Shown: positions 8,375-17,344, counted from the first letter of the stretch. The stretch is DNA of 64,000 nucleotides from an uncultured Candidatus Saccharibacteria bacterium (GCA_964646765.1 CAZYIA010000001.1:341621-405620), one strand, 5' to 3'. A program made the numbers and translations. The notes: a model not told the origin generated them from the letters alone.

Positions 8375-11300
8375 CTACTGTCCTTCTAACACTGCATTCA
8401 CCTGTGTACGTGTAACCGGACCAAAGTAGCCTTTAGCTGGAGAAATACGGTGAGCTTTTTGATAAGCAGCTAGGGCGCGCGTTGTTTTGCGGCCAAAGAA
8501 TTTCGTTTCGTGGCCAGGAGAACCTCCACCAGTTGTTGCTATCGAGAAATTATTATCATTGAGATACTTTTGAAGCAGCAGCACGTCTTGGTCAGTCATT
8601 CCCTCTTTCAAATTCTTTAAGAAGAGATGTGGCTGTTTTTTTTCAGGCTGCGGTGATTGAGTATCTGTTTTTACCGAACCAATAGTTCCCCCAATTGGAG
8701 AAAGTGGGCTGCTAACTAAAGTAACAATACCTCCACCAGAACTACCAGAACTTAATCGGAACGAGTAGCTACTATCATTACCAACTTCAACCCAGCCAAG
8801 CGCTGACTCACTATCACCTTCATTACTTACCGTGCTTACAATCCAATAATAGGTTCCGGGTAAAAGTGTTTGCCCTGGATTGCCTTGATAGTAAGTTCCA
8901 CCAAGAGCTTGCTGGCCAACCCTAAAGGAACTTGGGCCTGCTTCACCTAAAGCAGATTCGTACGTGATGAGTGTGTTGTTATCCATCAATGGATACGTAT
9001 TTCCAAGTGCAAACATATAGCCAACATGGGCAAGAGGATCGGTATGAGATGTCGTAAAGGTAAATGTTGGCTGAGTATCGTGGGTACTACCATTATTTAT
9101 TAGTGTTGCTGGACCAAGATTCGTTGGCACTCCTGGTGTACCAGCACAAGTAACATGAATAGTTACCATACCAATATCGGTGCCGCCGTGTTGGTCATCA
9201 ATGTTGTAGGTAAAACTGTCTGTGCCACAAAAATCAGAATCTGGAGTGTAGAATCCCACTCCAGTTCCTGGCGAAATAGAAGCTTCACCATGAGCTGCCT
9301 GGGTTTCTAAGCCATCTCCCAAAGAGTCGCCATCAGGATCAGTGTCGTTATCAAGAACTGCAATCATTACGCCTTCACGCTGTGGTGTGGTAACTTCATC
9401 ATCAACAGCAACTGGATTTTGATTCGGACAAGTAACAGTCACATGTACCGTAGCGTTAGCTGTCGCGTTTGAGGTATCAGAAATTGTATACGTAAATGAG
9501 TCAGAACCACAGAAATCTTCTTGGGGAGTATACAGAATGCTGCCATCAGAATATTCTGTATTAGCGTGACCAGAAAAACCAACGCCAGTGAGGGTAATTG
9601 CATCAAGGTCAGGATCAGAGTCATTTGCCCGAACATCGAATAGTGTTGGTGTGTTTATAGCAATAGTAAACGAATCATCAACGGCAAGTGGAGAATCATT
9701 AACCGGCGGTGGAGGCGGTGCAATATCACAGTGAACAGTAATCGTCACTGTCGCAGTAGCTGTATCAGTTCCATCAGATACCGTGTACTCAATCGTATCG
9801 TCACCGCAGAAATCTGTGTTAGGCGTATAGCTAAATCCCGAACCCGTACTCGTAGCATCGCCATGATGGGTAGTAAAATCAGTTATAGAAAGAGAATCAT
9901 CATCCGCGTCGGAGTCATTTACCAGAGCATCAAGTGCGTTCAATGAGGAATTTTGTTCTACAGTATATGCGTCATCAACAGCAACTGGTGCAGTATTTCC
10001 CCCACCACCTCCACCACCAAGTGCATCAACAGTGAGGCTCGCAGTATCAGTATCGATAGAAAATGCTGTGGTGCCGCCATTGGTAGTTGTATCTACGCTG
10101 GCTCCATGGCTACCGCTTGTTTGATCCCAAGCTCGGAAAGTAATAATGTCGCTAATAGTACCGCTATACCCTGGGTTTGGCTCACAATAAATGCGATCAG
10201 TCGTTGAAAGTAGCTGCGCAGAATCGTCAGCTACAGCGCCAAATAAATTCCACGTACTACCAGAATCAGTCGAGTAACGACAGGTTGTGTTAACGGAATC
10301 TATTCCAGTCACAGCGATACCGTACAATGCTCCTGAATCAACATCGGTAACATTATCCAATCCACCAATAATAGTAGCCGAGTCTACTAAATTAGAAACT
10401 AATGTTCCTACCGCACCACTAGGTGCGCCATCACCTTCAGTAACCGAATTAAAGACTGGGCTTTTTGAGTTGTCTAGCACGGGCGCATCGTTTACTGGAG
10501 TTACAAAAAGACCAATAGTATCCGTAGTATTTGAAAACGCAGTCGTCCCGCCGTTAATAGAAGGATTAGCTGTCCCCCCGTCACTACCGCTTGTTTGATC
10601 CCAAGCCCTGAAAGTTAATGCTGTGAATGATCCACTAGCATCGGCATTCGGTTGGCAGTAGATGCGGTTATCTGCATCCGCGGTAAGCAATCGAGCTACT
10701 GTAGCCGACACGGAGCCGAACAAAGACCATGTGGTTCCACCGTTTAGTGAATAGTAACAAGTTAGGCTGGAATCCTGCGCAATAACTGCGATACCAAGCT
10801 GGGCGCTACTATCACTATCTGTTACGTTATCAACTTGCCCAACAGGAGAAGCGAAGTCAACCAAAGATGCCACAAGCGTGCCAACTGCACCGCTTGGAGC
10901 TGAAGCATCTTCACTTACTGATGAGAGAGTTGGGCTCTTGGAAGCGTCGAGAACTGGTGCATCGTTTACTGAAGTACCTGTCATAGCCTTACTACCTGAT
11001 ATAGACAAAGCGCCGTCGCTAACGTTTGTTGTAATAGTAAAGTTGCTGCTGAAATTTGCCGACGGAGTAAACGTAAGGGCCGCAAGCAGTGTATTCACAT
11101 CCGCAATTGCACCACTGGCAGTCCAAACGCCAGTACCGGCGTTATACGTTGAGGTGACGGCGTTTGAAGTGGCGGTATTAAAACTTCCAGCTGCTGCATT
11201 TGAAAGAGTGAGTGTAGCGGTAACGTTTGCACTATCTACATCGCTTACAATAATATCGGTCAAATTCTGAGCCACATCTTCAGTGTATGTTTCAGCAGCA

Positions 11301-13141
11301 CTTAAGTTTGTAGCTGTCGGTGCATCATTAACCGCAGTACCGGTCACAGCTTTTGCTCCTGTCACCGCAGCAGCAACGCCATCACTTACTGATGTACTGA
11401 TAACAAAATTACTATTGAAGTTTGCCGTTGGAGTAAAGGTAACACTTGCAAGTAAAGTATTCACATTGGCAATTGCACCACTGGCAGTCCAGACACCAGT
11501 ACTAAACGTTGAGGTCACTGCTCCGGAAGTCCCTGTTGAGAGTGAACCGGCCGAAAGATTTGAAAGAGTCAACGTGGCAGTAACCGAGGAACTATCAACA
11601 TCTGTTGCCACAATATCTATGAGATTGAGTGGTGTATCTTCTGTGTATGTTTCAGCGGCGCTCAAGTTAGTTGCAGTCGGAGCATCGTTAACAGCTACTC
11701 CCGTCATTGCTTTCGAGCCAGTTACGCTTAGTGAACCATCACTTACGCTCGTGGTAATTGTAAAAGGACTATTGAAGTTAGCTGCGGGAGTAAACGTAAG
11801 TGCTGCAAGTAATATATTTACATTCGCAATTGCACCACTGGCAGTCCAAACACCGGTGCCGGCATTGTATGTAGATGTTACGGCCCCAGAAGTAGCAGTA
11901 TTAAAACTTCCGGCTGCAGTATTAGAGAGAGTGAGCGTCGCGGTAACGTTTGCACTATCTACATCACTCACAACAATATCGGTAAGATTAAGCGAAGTAT
12001 CTTCAGTATAGGTTTCTCCGGCACTAAGATTAGTTGCTGTCGGAGCGTCGTTAACCGCTACTCCTATCATTGTCTTTGAACCAGTTGCACTCAACGAACC
12101 ATCGCTCACGCTTGTCGTAATAGTAAAAGAGCTATTAAAATTCGTTGCCGGAGTAAATGTCAGCGCTGCTAACAACACATTCACATCCGCAATCGCACCA
12201 CTCGCAGTCCAAACACCAGTACCGGCGTTATACGTTGAGGTGACGGCGTTTGAAGTTCCGGTGTTGAGACTTCCAGCTGCAGTATTAGAGAGTGTGAGCG
12301 TGGCGGTTATATTTCCCCCATCAACGTCACTCGCAACAATATCAGTTAGATTAAGTGGTGTATCTTCCGTATACGTTTCAGCAGCGCTTAAGTTGGTTGC
12401 AGTTGGAGCACTATTGGCTGGTTTTAAAATCACAGTAAGGACAGCTCCGTAACCAGCGTTTGTGTTAGCTGTTGCCGTCAAACTTCCAGTAGCTGTTGCA
12501 CTTGTTTGAAGAAGGTAATCACTTTCCATTGAGATACCTGAAGTATTTGGCGTAGTAAGAGAGGAAAGATCGGATGACTCTGTCATGCCCGCAGGTGGTG
12601 TCCATGTACTAGAATGTTCATACTCAAAAAAACTCAACACCATAGCTCCATTTACGCTTGGAGTAACACTACCAACGGTGTGTGAGAGACTAGACGCAGT
12701 ATCTGTTCCCAAGTACGTATCTATCGGGCTACTCGTATCCCCTCCGGAAAATGCCATTGTGCTGCCGACAACACCAGTGTTCGTGCTTACTGTCCAAGTA
12801 TAGGAACTCGGCTCTGATCCAGTTGCAACCTTGTAATACACAGAGAGCCTTGTTGAAGTATTATTTGTATTAAGTACCGTTTGTATAGTCGTCCAGCCGG
12901 AAGGAGCAGTTATAGTTGCAGTTGATGAACGCACTGAAACTGCCGTAATAAGTATGTCGCCAGACGTTGTGCCAGTTGGTTTAGCTATTGAAAGACTCCC
13001 ACTTGTTCCGGTATCTGTGCTTACTGAACGATAACTGAGAGCCGCAAAAGCATTACTTGGCTTAAAAACAAATACGCAAAATGCAATGACAAGAAAGATA
13101 AATGGTGAGATTCTTTTCATGATTAAACTACTGTCGAGCAA
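8375..13141 (-). CDS. Giant secreted cell-surface protein of about 1580 aa. It carries tandem NDAP/cadherin-like repeats, sialidase-like (BNR-like) regions and a C-terminal peptidoglycan-binding domain.
   Basis: The N-terminal signal peptide is MKRISPFIFLVIAFCVFVFKPSNAFA. There are four tandem units of about 122 aa. The C-terminus has a PG_binding_1-like motif, LLLQKYLNDNNF...[11 protein letters not shown]. The true start may be the second Met. Confidence 0.8.
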   Translation of the reverse strand: MLDSSLIMKRISPFIFLVIAFCVFVFKPSNAFAALSYRSVSTDTGTSGSLSIAKPTGTTSGDILITAVSVRSSTATITAPSGWTTIQTVLNTNNTSTRLSVYYKVATGSEPSSYTWTVSTNTGVVGSTMAFSGGDTSSPIDTYLGTDTASSLSHTVGSVTPSVNGAMVLSFFEYEHSSTWTPPAGMTESSDLSSLTTPNTSGISMESDYLLQTSATATGSLTATANTNAGYGAVLTVILKPANSAPTATNLSAAETYTEDTPLNLTDIVASDVDGGNITATLTLSNTAAGSLNTGTSNAVTSTYNAGTGVWTASGAIADVNVLLAALTFTPATNFNSSFTITTSVSDGSLSATGSKTMIGVAVNDAPTATNLSAGETYTEDTSLNLTDIVVSDVDSANVTATLTLSNTAAGSFNTATSGAVTSTYNAGTGVWTASGAIANVNILLAALTFTPAANFNSPFTITTSVSDGSLSVTGSKAMTGVAVNDAPTATNLSAAETYTEDTPLNLIDIVATDVDSSSVTATLTLSNLSAGSLSTGTSGAVTSTFSTGVWTASGAIANVNTLLASVTFTPTANFNSNFVISTSVSDGVAAAVTGAKAVTGTAVNDAPTATNLSAAETYTEDVAQNLTDIIVSDVDSANVTATLTLSNAAAGSFNTATSNAVTSTYNAGTGVWTASGAIADVNTLLAALTFTPSANFSSNFTITTNVSDGALSISGSKAMTGTSVNDAPVLDASKSPTLSSVSEDASAPSGAVGTLVASLVDFASPVGQVDNVTDSDSSAQLGIAVIAQDSSLTCYYSLNGGTTWSLFGSVSATVARLLTADADNRIYCQPNADASGSFTALTFRAWDQTSGSDGGTANPSINGGTTAFSNTTDTIGLFVTPVNDAPVLDNSKSPVFNSVTEGDGAPSGAVGTLVSNLVDSATIIGGLDNVTDVDSGALYGIAVTGIDSVNTTCRYSTDSGSTWNLFGAVADDSAQLLSTTDRIYCEPNPGYSGTISDIITFRAWDQTSGSHGASVDTTTNGGTTAFSIDTDTASLTVDALGGGGGGGNTAPVAVDDAYTVEQNSSLNALDALVNDSDADDDSLSITDFTTHHGDATSTGSGFSYTPNTDFCGDDTIEYTVSDGTDTATATVTITVHCDIAPPPPPVNDSPLAVDDSFTIAINTPTLFDVRANDSDPDLDAITLTGVGFSGHANTEYSDGSILYTPQEDFCGSDSFTYTISDTSNATANATVHVTVTCPNQNPVAVDDEVTTPQREGVMIAVLDNDTDPDGDSLGDGLETQAAHGEASISPGTGVGFYTPDSDFCGTDSFTYNIDDQHGGTDIGMVTIHVTCAGTPGVPTNLGPATLINNGSTHDTQPTFTFTTSHTDPLAHVGYMFALGNTYPLMDNNTLITYESALGEAGPSSFRVGQQALGGTYYQGNPGQTLLPGTYYWIVSTVSNEGDSESALGWVEVGNDSSYSFRLSSGSSGGGIVTLVSSPLSPIGGTIGSVKTDTQSPQPEKKQPHLFLKNLKEGMTDQDVLLLQKYLNDNNFSIATTGGGSPGHETKFFGRKTTRALAAYQKAHRISPAKGYFGPVTRTQVNAVLEGQ
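10980..12445 (-). repeat. Four near-identical tandem repeats of about 366 bp inside the giant gene's coding sequence
   Basis: The DNA motif ...gcagtccaaac.ccagtaccggcgttatacgttgaggtgacggc... recurs at about 11120, 11480, 11840 and 12210. The encoded protein repeats begin NDAPTATNLSA(A/G)ETYTED. Confidence 0.75.
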
Positions 13142-13226
13142 CTAAAAAACCAGCGGGATAAAAAACCTTCAAAAATTTCATACCGGAATTGTACTAAATG
13201 GAGAGTGAAATGACTATGGAAAAGTG

Positions 13227-13345
13227 ACGGGAAGAATTTTCCCTCGCCTCTTGCTGTGCCGTCGCACAGCTCGGGCTGGGCACCGCCTCGCGGTTTGCTT
13301 TGCTAAGCAAACAACGCTCCGGCGTTCGAATCCTTACGGAAGCAA
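13227..13345 (+). other. Copy 1 of a duplicated structured element of about 100 nt. It is a candidate ncRNA of unknown class.
   Basis: It is about 85% identical to 26871..26990. Its hairpins are CTGTGCCGTCGCACAG and TTTGCTTTGCTAAGCAAA. A TTCGAATCC T-loop-like motif follows. Confidence 0.4.
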
Positions 13346-13364
13346 TTCAAATTGCTTCCTCCCA

Positions 13365-13396
13365 GCGCACAGAAGAAAAAAGCTGTCCTAAAAGAC
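13365..13396. terminator. Bidirectional intrinsic terminator hairpin
   Basis: Sequence AAAAAAGCTGTC-CTAAAA-GACAGCTCTTTTT. U-tracts are present on both strands. Confidence 0.5.
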
Positions 13397-13520
13397 AGCT
13401 CTTTTTCAACGTGTGCAGCGTAGTAAAGGATATTAGAACTGAACTTATGAAAGTTAGCCCTAGTCTTTATGTGCCAAATTTGAGTGTTTGGTCGGAGTAG
13501 TAAGCAATAATTTACTTTGT

Positions 13521-14495
13521 TCAGCAATTTTCAATCAAATACTTCCTTACCATTGCCATTTCCTTATCCCTACCAGTCATATGCCAATATCGGAATTTCA
13601 TATAAGCGCTTAGAACGACGGCCGCGTGCAATGCTGATTTGTCATATGATGTATTGTCTGAGAAATAGCCTTCTTTTAATTTTTCAACATGGTCATAGTT
13701 GCCTAGTGCACTCAATATCTGAAGACTACGTCCGATGTCTATAATCGGATTATTGAACATTGGGTCTGGATCGATGATCGTGGGAGGGACAGATGCCATA
13801 ATATCGTCTACACAAAAATCCATATGACAATAAGAACTCTTTGGATTGCGTTCATCATAAGCAATAAGAGTGTCAATCACATTTGAGACTGGCCAAAGTT
13901 TCGTATCTAACAAACCAGCCTCCTCAACGTATTTGATTTTATTTTGCACTTTTTCACTCCTAATCCAATCCTTAAATGTCTTGTATTCTGCCTTACCATC
14001 CACAAGGTAGCCGTAACCTTCAGCGCTGGGCTTGTGCATAGTAAAAAGAATCTTTCCTAGATCGACCCATATATCACTCTTCACGAGGCCACTATTTATT
14101 GCTTCTGAAAGAACGGGTGCATCGATAAAGCTCATGAGTATGTAGGAGTAGTCTCCTAGTTTTCCCTCCTTATATATATGTGGCACAGTTACTCCAACAT
14201 CTTCCCATTTCTTTAAGAACAGAGCTTCTCCTTCGGCGTCAGGTTTCAAGGGAATTTTAAGAACATACTTATTAGTGCCTGCTTCAATAAATGCCACTAA
14301 GGCTGAGACACCTTGGTGGGAAAATTCCACGGAGATATCCTTACCAACGAACATTTCATCAGAAGAGAAAAAAGATTCTATAAGCGGAACAAGTGCTACG
14401 CGCCGATCATTGAATGTCTTATCAAACTCATGCTCTGAAAACCTTGGCTTATTTTTGTAATGTATCTGGGACATTAGGAAATTATAACGGAACAA
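13521..14495 (-). CDS. Phosphotransferase of the APH/choline-kinase fold
   Basis: Brenner-type catalytic motif HMDFCVDDIM and a downstream IIDPDPMF (DxD). Confidence 0.65.
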   Translation of the reverse strand: MFRYNFLMSQIHYKNKPRFSEHEFDKTFNDRRVALVPLIESFFSSDEMFVGKDISVEFSHQGVSALVAFIEAGTNKYVLKIPLKPDAEGEALFLKKWEDVGVTVPHIYKEGKLGDYSYILMSFIDAPVLSEAINSGLVKSDIWVDLGKILFTMHKPSAEGYGYLVDGKAEYKTFKDWIRSEKVQNKIKYVEEAGLLDTKLWPVSNVIDTLIAYDERNPKSSYCHMDFCVDDIMASVPPTIIDPDPMFNNPIIDIGRSLQILSALGNYDHVEKLKEGYFSDNTSYDKSALHAAVVLSAYMKFRYWHMTGRDKEMAMVRKYLIENC

Positions 14496-14542
14496 GAAAC
14501 CTGAGTGAAATTATGGAAAATAGTTTTGTGCGCCGGGAAGGA

Positions 14543-14557
14543 ATTTCTCGGCTTACA
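14543..14557. repeat. 15-bp direct repeat of the tRNA-Tyr 3' region. It is a putative attL/attR core.
   Basis: GTGCGCCGGGAAGGA is identical at 14543..14557 and 18876..18890. Confidence 0.5.
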
Positions 14558-14663
14558 GCCGCAGTACACCTTTTCGGCGAATTCAAAACAAGTTTCTCAT
14601 TTGCAGCGAAAAGCTCTTAGAATCCTTCCCGCGACTGAAGCAGTTCAGTCGCTCCGGCCACGT

Positions 14664-14689
14664 AAAAAACGGCCTTGAAGCCGTTTTTT
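14664..14689. terminator. Bidirectional terminator hairpin
   Basis: AAAAAACGGC-CTTGAA-GCCGTTTTTT. Confidence 0.55.
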
Positions 14690-14692
14690 AGT

Positions 14693-14890
14693 GTGTCTCT
14701 ATTGTACCAAGTTAGAACCTATTTCCAAAATAAATAAAGCGGACGAATTTTTGCGAAACAATTTTTCTGGGGAAAAGGATTCGCAAAAATTCGGCTGATT
14801 TTTTTTGAAATTCGGACTCGCCCGCGCGGAGGAGGGGTCTGGGGAGGAATCCGCGCGGGCTTCGGCTTTTTGTTTTTTGGCGGGGCGGGC
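14693..14890. repeat. IR1-L, a 198-bp perfect inverted repeat whose partner is 16809..17006
   Basis: Comparing the two arms by eye, they are exact reverse complements. Each arm contains a GC-rich hairpin, GCCCGCGCGGA...TCCGCGCGGGC, followed by a T-tract. Confidence 0.9.
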
Positions 14891-14928
14891 AAATAGAAAA
14901 AACAGCGAAAAAATGATAAAATGAATTT

Positions 14929-15423
14929 ATGGAAAATCCAGAGTTAAATCACGAAAAACCTCCTATTGCTGTTGAGAAAATATCTCACATTTTTTCGTCT
15001 AATGCCGAAAAGCGTATTTGTGTTGTTGGTGCAAGCTGTGTAGGAAAATCTACTTTACTTCGGTTTTTGCCAGAAGCTGTTGATATGGACGATTTGCTTT
15101 TCGGCAACAAACAAAAAGGAATTGAGCCATTACTTACACAACAAGAAAGAGATTATGTCTGTGGGCCTTGGACACCAGAAGTCGGTCAATTTATGACCAA
15201 GAAAGCCCACGAACTTATAAAAATTGAAGCAGGTCATCCAGTTTTCGGCACAATCGTTTTTCCATCAGATTTAGTAATTGAAGTGTCTGTTCCCGACGAT
15301 ATTTTACGAGAAAGGATTAGGCGAAGAAACTCAAATGAGCAAGATGTTTTTAACATGAAAGCACAAATTGAATCTGAAATTGAAAAGTCGGGTATAGAGA
15401 AAATTGTTATTGAAAATATATGA
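14929..15423 (+). CDS. Small P-loop NTPase (kinase-like)
   Basis: Walker A motif VVGASCVGKST. The protein is 164 aa. Confidence 0.45.
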   Translation: MENPELNHEKPPIAVEKISHIFSSNAEKRICVVGASCVGKSTLLRFLPEAVDMDDLLFGNKQKGIEPLLTQQERDYVCGPWTPEVGQFMTKKAHELIKIEAGHPVFGTIVFPSDLVIEVSVPDDILRERIRRRNSNEQDVFNMKAQIESEIEKSGIEKIVIENI

Positions 15424-16043
15424 AAATAATTCTCGCCTCAGATTTAAGTTTTCTTTTGAAATACGGTTATGATTTAACTGGCATTCCAAAGTCCGAAATG
15501 AAAATCGGATATATTACAACCGCTTCAAAAGGATCAAGAGATACGGCATTTCTTGAAAAAGTTAAAAATGCGATGAAAGAAAACGGTATTGATTTTGAGG
15601 AAATTGATATTGAGGGTAAAAGCAAAGATGAAATACTTAACTTTTTCAAGAACAAAAACATTATTCATGTTGAGGGCGGAAATACTTTTTATTTGCTAAA
15701 AGCAATTAGAGAAAGTGGTTTTGCAGAGGCACTGAAAGAATTATTGAACGAGGGGAAAATTTATATCGGCACAAGTGCGGGAGCGTATGTTATGTGTCCA
15801 ACTATTGAAGTAGCAAACTGGAATGAAACTGGTAGAGATAGATTTGGTTTAACTGATTTTTCAGCGTTAAATTATGTACCTTTTGTTTTGAAAGTCCATT
15901 ACAAAGACGAAATGGAAAATACAGTGAAAGAAAAAATGAGAACTCTAAAATATCCGCTTAGAATTTTGCGAGACGGACAAGGGATTTTGGTCGAAAATGG
16001 TGAATATGAATTTGTCGGAGATAATCCCGAAGTAATTTTTTAA
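15420..16043 (+). CDS. Peptidase family S51 (dipeptidase E / cyanophycinase-like)
   Basis: The family-typical HVEGGNTFYLL motif and IGTSAGA (Ser nucleophile region) are present. Confidence 0.6.
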   Translation: MKIILASDLSFLLKYGYDLTGIPKSEMKIGYITTASKGSRDTAFLEKVKNAMKENGIDFEEIDIEGKSKDEILNFFKNKNIIHVEGGNTFYLLKAIRESGFAEALKELLNEGKIYIGTSAGAYVMCPTIEVANWNETGRDRFGLTDFSALNYVPFVLKVHYKDEMENTVKEKMRTLKYPLRILRDGQGILVENGEYEFVGDNPEVIF

Positions 16044-16047
16044 ATTT

Positions 16048-16788
16048 ATGATTAAGCCCATTATTCTTGCAAAAGGAAATTTTAAGCCAGAAGATTTAAT
16101 GACAACAGTCAGTGAATCTAATAGGAAAATTGATCCGAACAGAGAAAATCAATTAAACACTCTTTGGGCGGAAAAAGAGAAGAATGCCAAAGAAAAGGGC
16201 AAATTAATATATAACGGACTTTCTTATCGCTTAAATAGCTTAAAAGCTGAAAATGGTAAATTGTTTTTAGATTTTGGAATTTTTGATTTTAAAACTAGAG
16301 AATGTTTACCGGAAACTCCCGGATTTTACGAAACGACGGAAGAATATTGGCGTAAAGGATGCCATACTATTGCTACAGTTAAAACCTCTGACGATAGGTA
16401 TTTAATGGTGGAACTTTCTGGAAAATCAATGAATAAAAACACAATTGAATTTTTGGGTGGCATAATGGAAACAGAACCACCAATAAAATTAGGTAAGGAC
16501 ATTTTCCATTCGTTATATAAAGAATTGGAAGAGGAAGCGTTTATTACTGAATCAGATATTGCCGATTCTAATTTAAAAATGGTTTATATAAATTGGAATA
16601 CAAATGTTGGTTTTTATTTTGAGATTTTATTAAAACTTACTTCAGAACAATTACAAGAAAGATTTAATGAACAAACAAAAGAAATTGATATTAAATCTCT
16701 AAAAATTATGTCTCGCCCAGAATATATCAATGTGTTAGAGAATCATAACCCTAATAAACAATTTTTAGCGAAGCAAATAGAGATTTAA
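16048..16788 (+). CDS. Hypothetical protein with a weak Nudix-like KELEEEAF segment that is not convincing
   Basis: The ORF is 246 aa. It is the third gene of the IR1-flanked cassette. Confidence 0.35.
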   Translation: MIKPIILAKGNFKPEDLMTTVSESNRKIDPNRENQLNTLWAEKEKNAKEKGKLIYNGLSYRLNSLKAENGKLFLDFGIFDFKTRECLPETPGFYETTEEYWRKGCHTIATVKTSDDRYLMVELSGKSMNKNTIEFLGGIMETEPPIKLGKDIFHSLYKELEEEAFITESDIADSNLKMVYINWNTNVGFYFEILLKLTSEQLQERFNEQTKEIDIKSLKIMSRPEYINVLENHNPNKQFLAKQIEI

Positions 16789-16808
16789 TAACCCCTTTTA
16801 GATTTTAA

Positions 16809-17006
16809 GCCCGCCCCGCCAAAAAACAAAAAGCCGAAGCCCGCGCGGATTCCTCCCCAGACCCCTCCTCCGCGCGGGCGAGTCCGAATTTCAAAAAAAA
16901 TCAGCCGAATTTTTGCGAATCCTTTTCCCCAGAAAAATTGTTTCGCAAAAATTCGTCCGCTTTATTTATTTTGGAAATAGGTTCTAACTTGGTACAATAG
17001 AGACAC
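16809..17006. repeat. IR1-R, a 198-bp perfect inverted repeat
   Basis: It is the reverse complement of 14693..14890. Confidence 0.9.
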
Positions 17007-17148
17007 CAGAATTTTACTAATCGGTTTTTTGGAAGCCCCAATGCGGGACGCGCGAAGCGCGTCCCAAGGATTCCCGCCGATTTTTCCTAATGAATTTGGA
17101 GCGTCGCCTTCGGCGACGCGCACTGTTTTCTCGCCAAGAAGCAGGTTC
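17004..17148. repeat. IR2-L, a 145-bp perfect inverted repeat whose partner is 18733..18877
   Basis: It is the exact reverse complement of IR2-R. It contains hairpins GGGACGCGC-GAA-GCGCGTCCC and GCGTCGCC-TTCG-GCGACGC. It overlaps IR1-R by 3 bp. Confidence 0.9.
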
Positions 17149-17344
17149 AAAATCAGAAGCAATTTTGACTCAGAGTATTTGCTTTGATACAAAAAGAATT
17201 TTTGCCTTTTTTCTAAAAGTAGTATAATGACCTTGCGCAAACTTACGGAAGGTCTATTTTAATGGCCGTCTTGGACTTATCTAGATCTTCTAGGTTTGCG
17301 CACCAGGGCGGCCATTTAAGTTTTATCAATTAATTTTTATTTCT

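Noticed and set aside
10980-12445. Possible CRISPR array, because of regularly spaced repeats
   Set aside because: The repeats are 366-bp coding units with no short direct repeats or unique spacers, and there are no cas genes anywhere in the window.
9731-12803. Multiple plus-strand ORFs of 70-240 aa (for example 11283..12011 and 10878..11270) inside the giant minus-strand gene
   Set aside because: They are antisense shadows created by the repetitive Ala/Thr/Ser/Val-rich coding sequence. They have no independent motifs and are fully overlapped by the giant gene.
16048-16788. Calling the third cassette gene a NUDIX hydrolase
   Set aside because: Only a partial KELEEEAF resemblance is present. 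The G-x5-E-x7-REuxEExGu spacing does not fit.
16962-17240. Minus-strand 92-aa ORF sharing a 46-aa peptide with the recombinase C-terminus
   Set aside because: The shared peptide is encoded by IR2, so this ORF is simply the mirror image of the recombinase 3' tail read out of IR2-L. It is not an independent gene.
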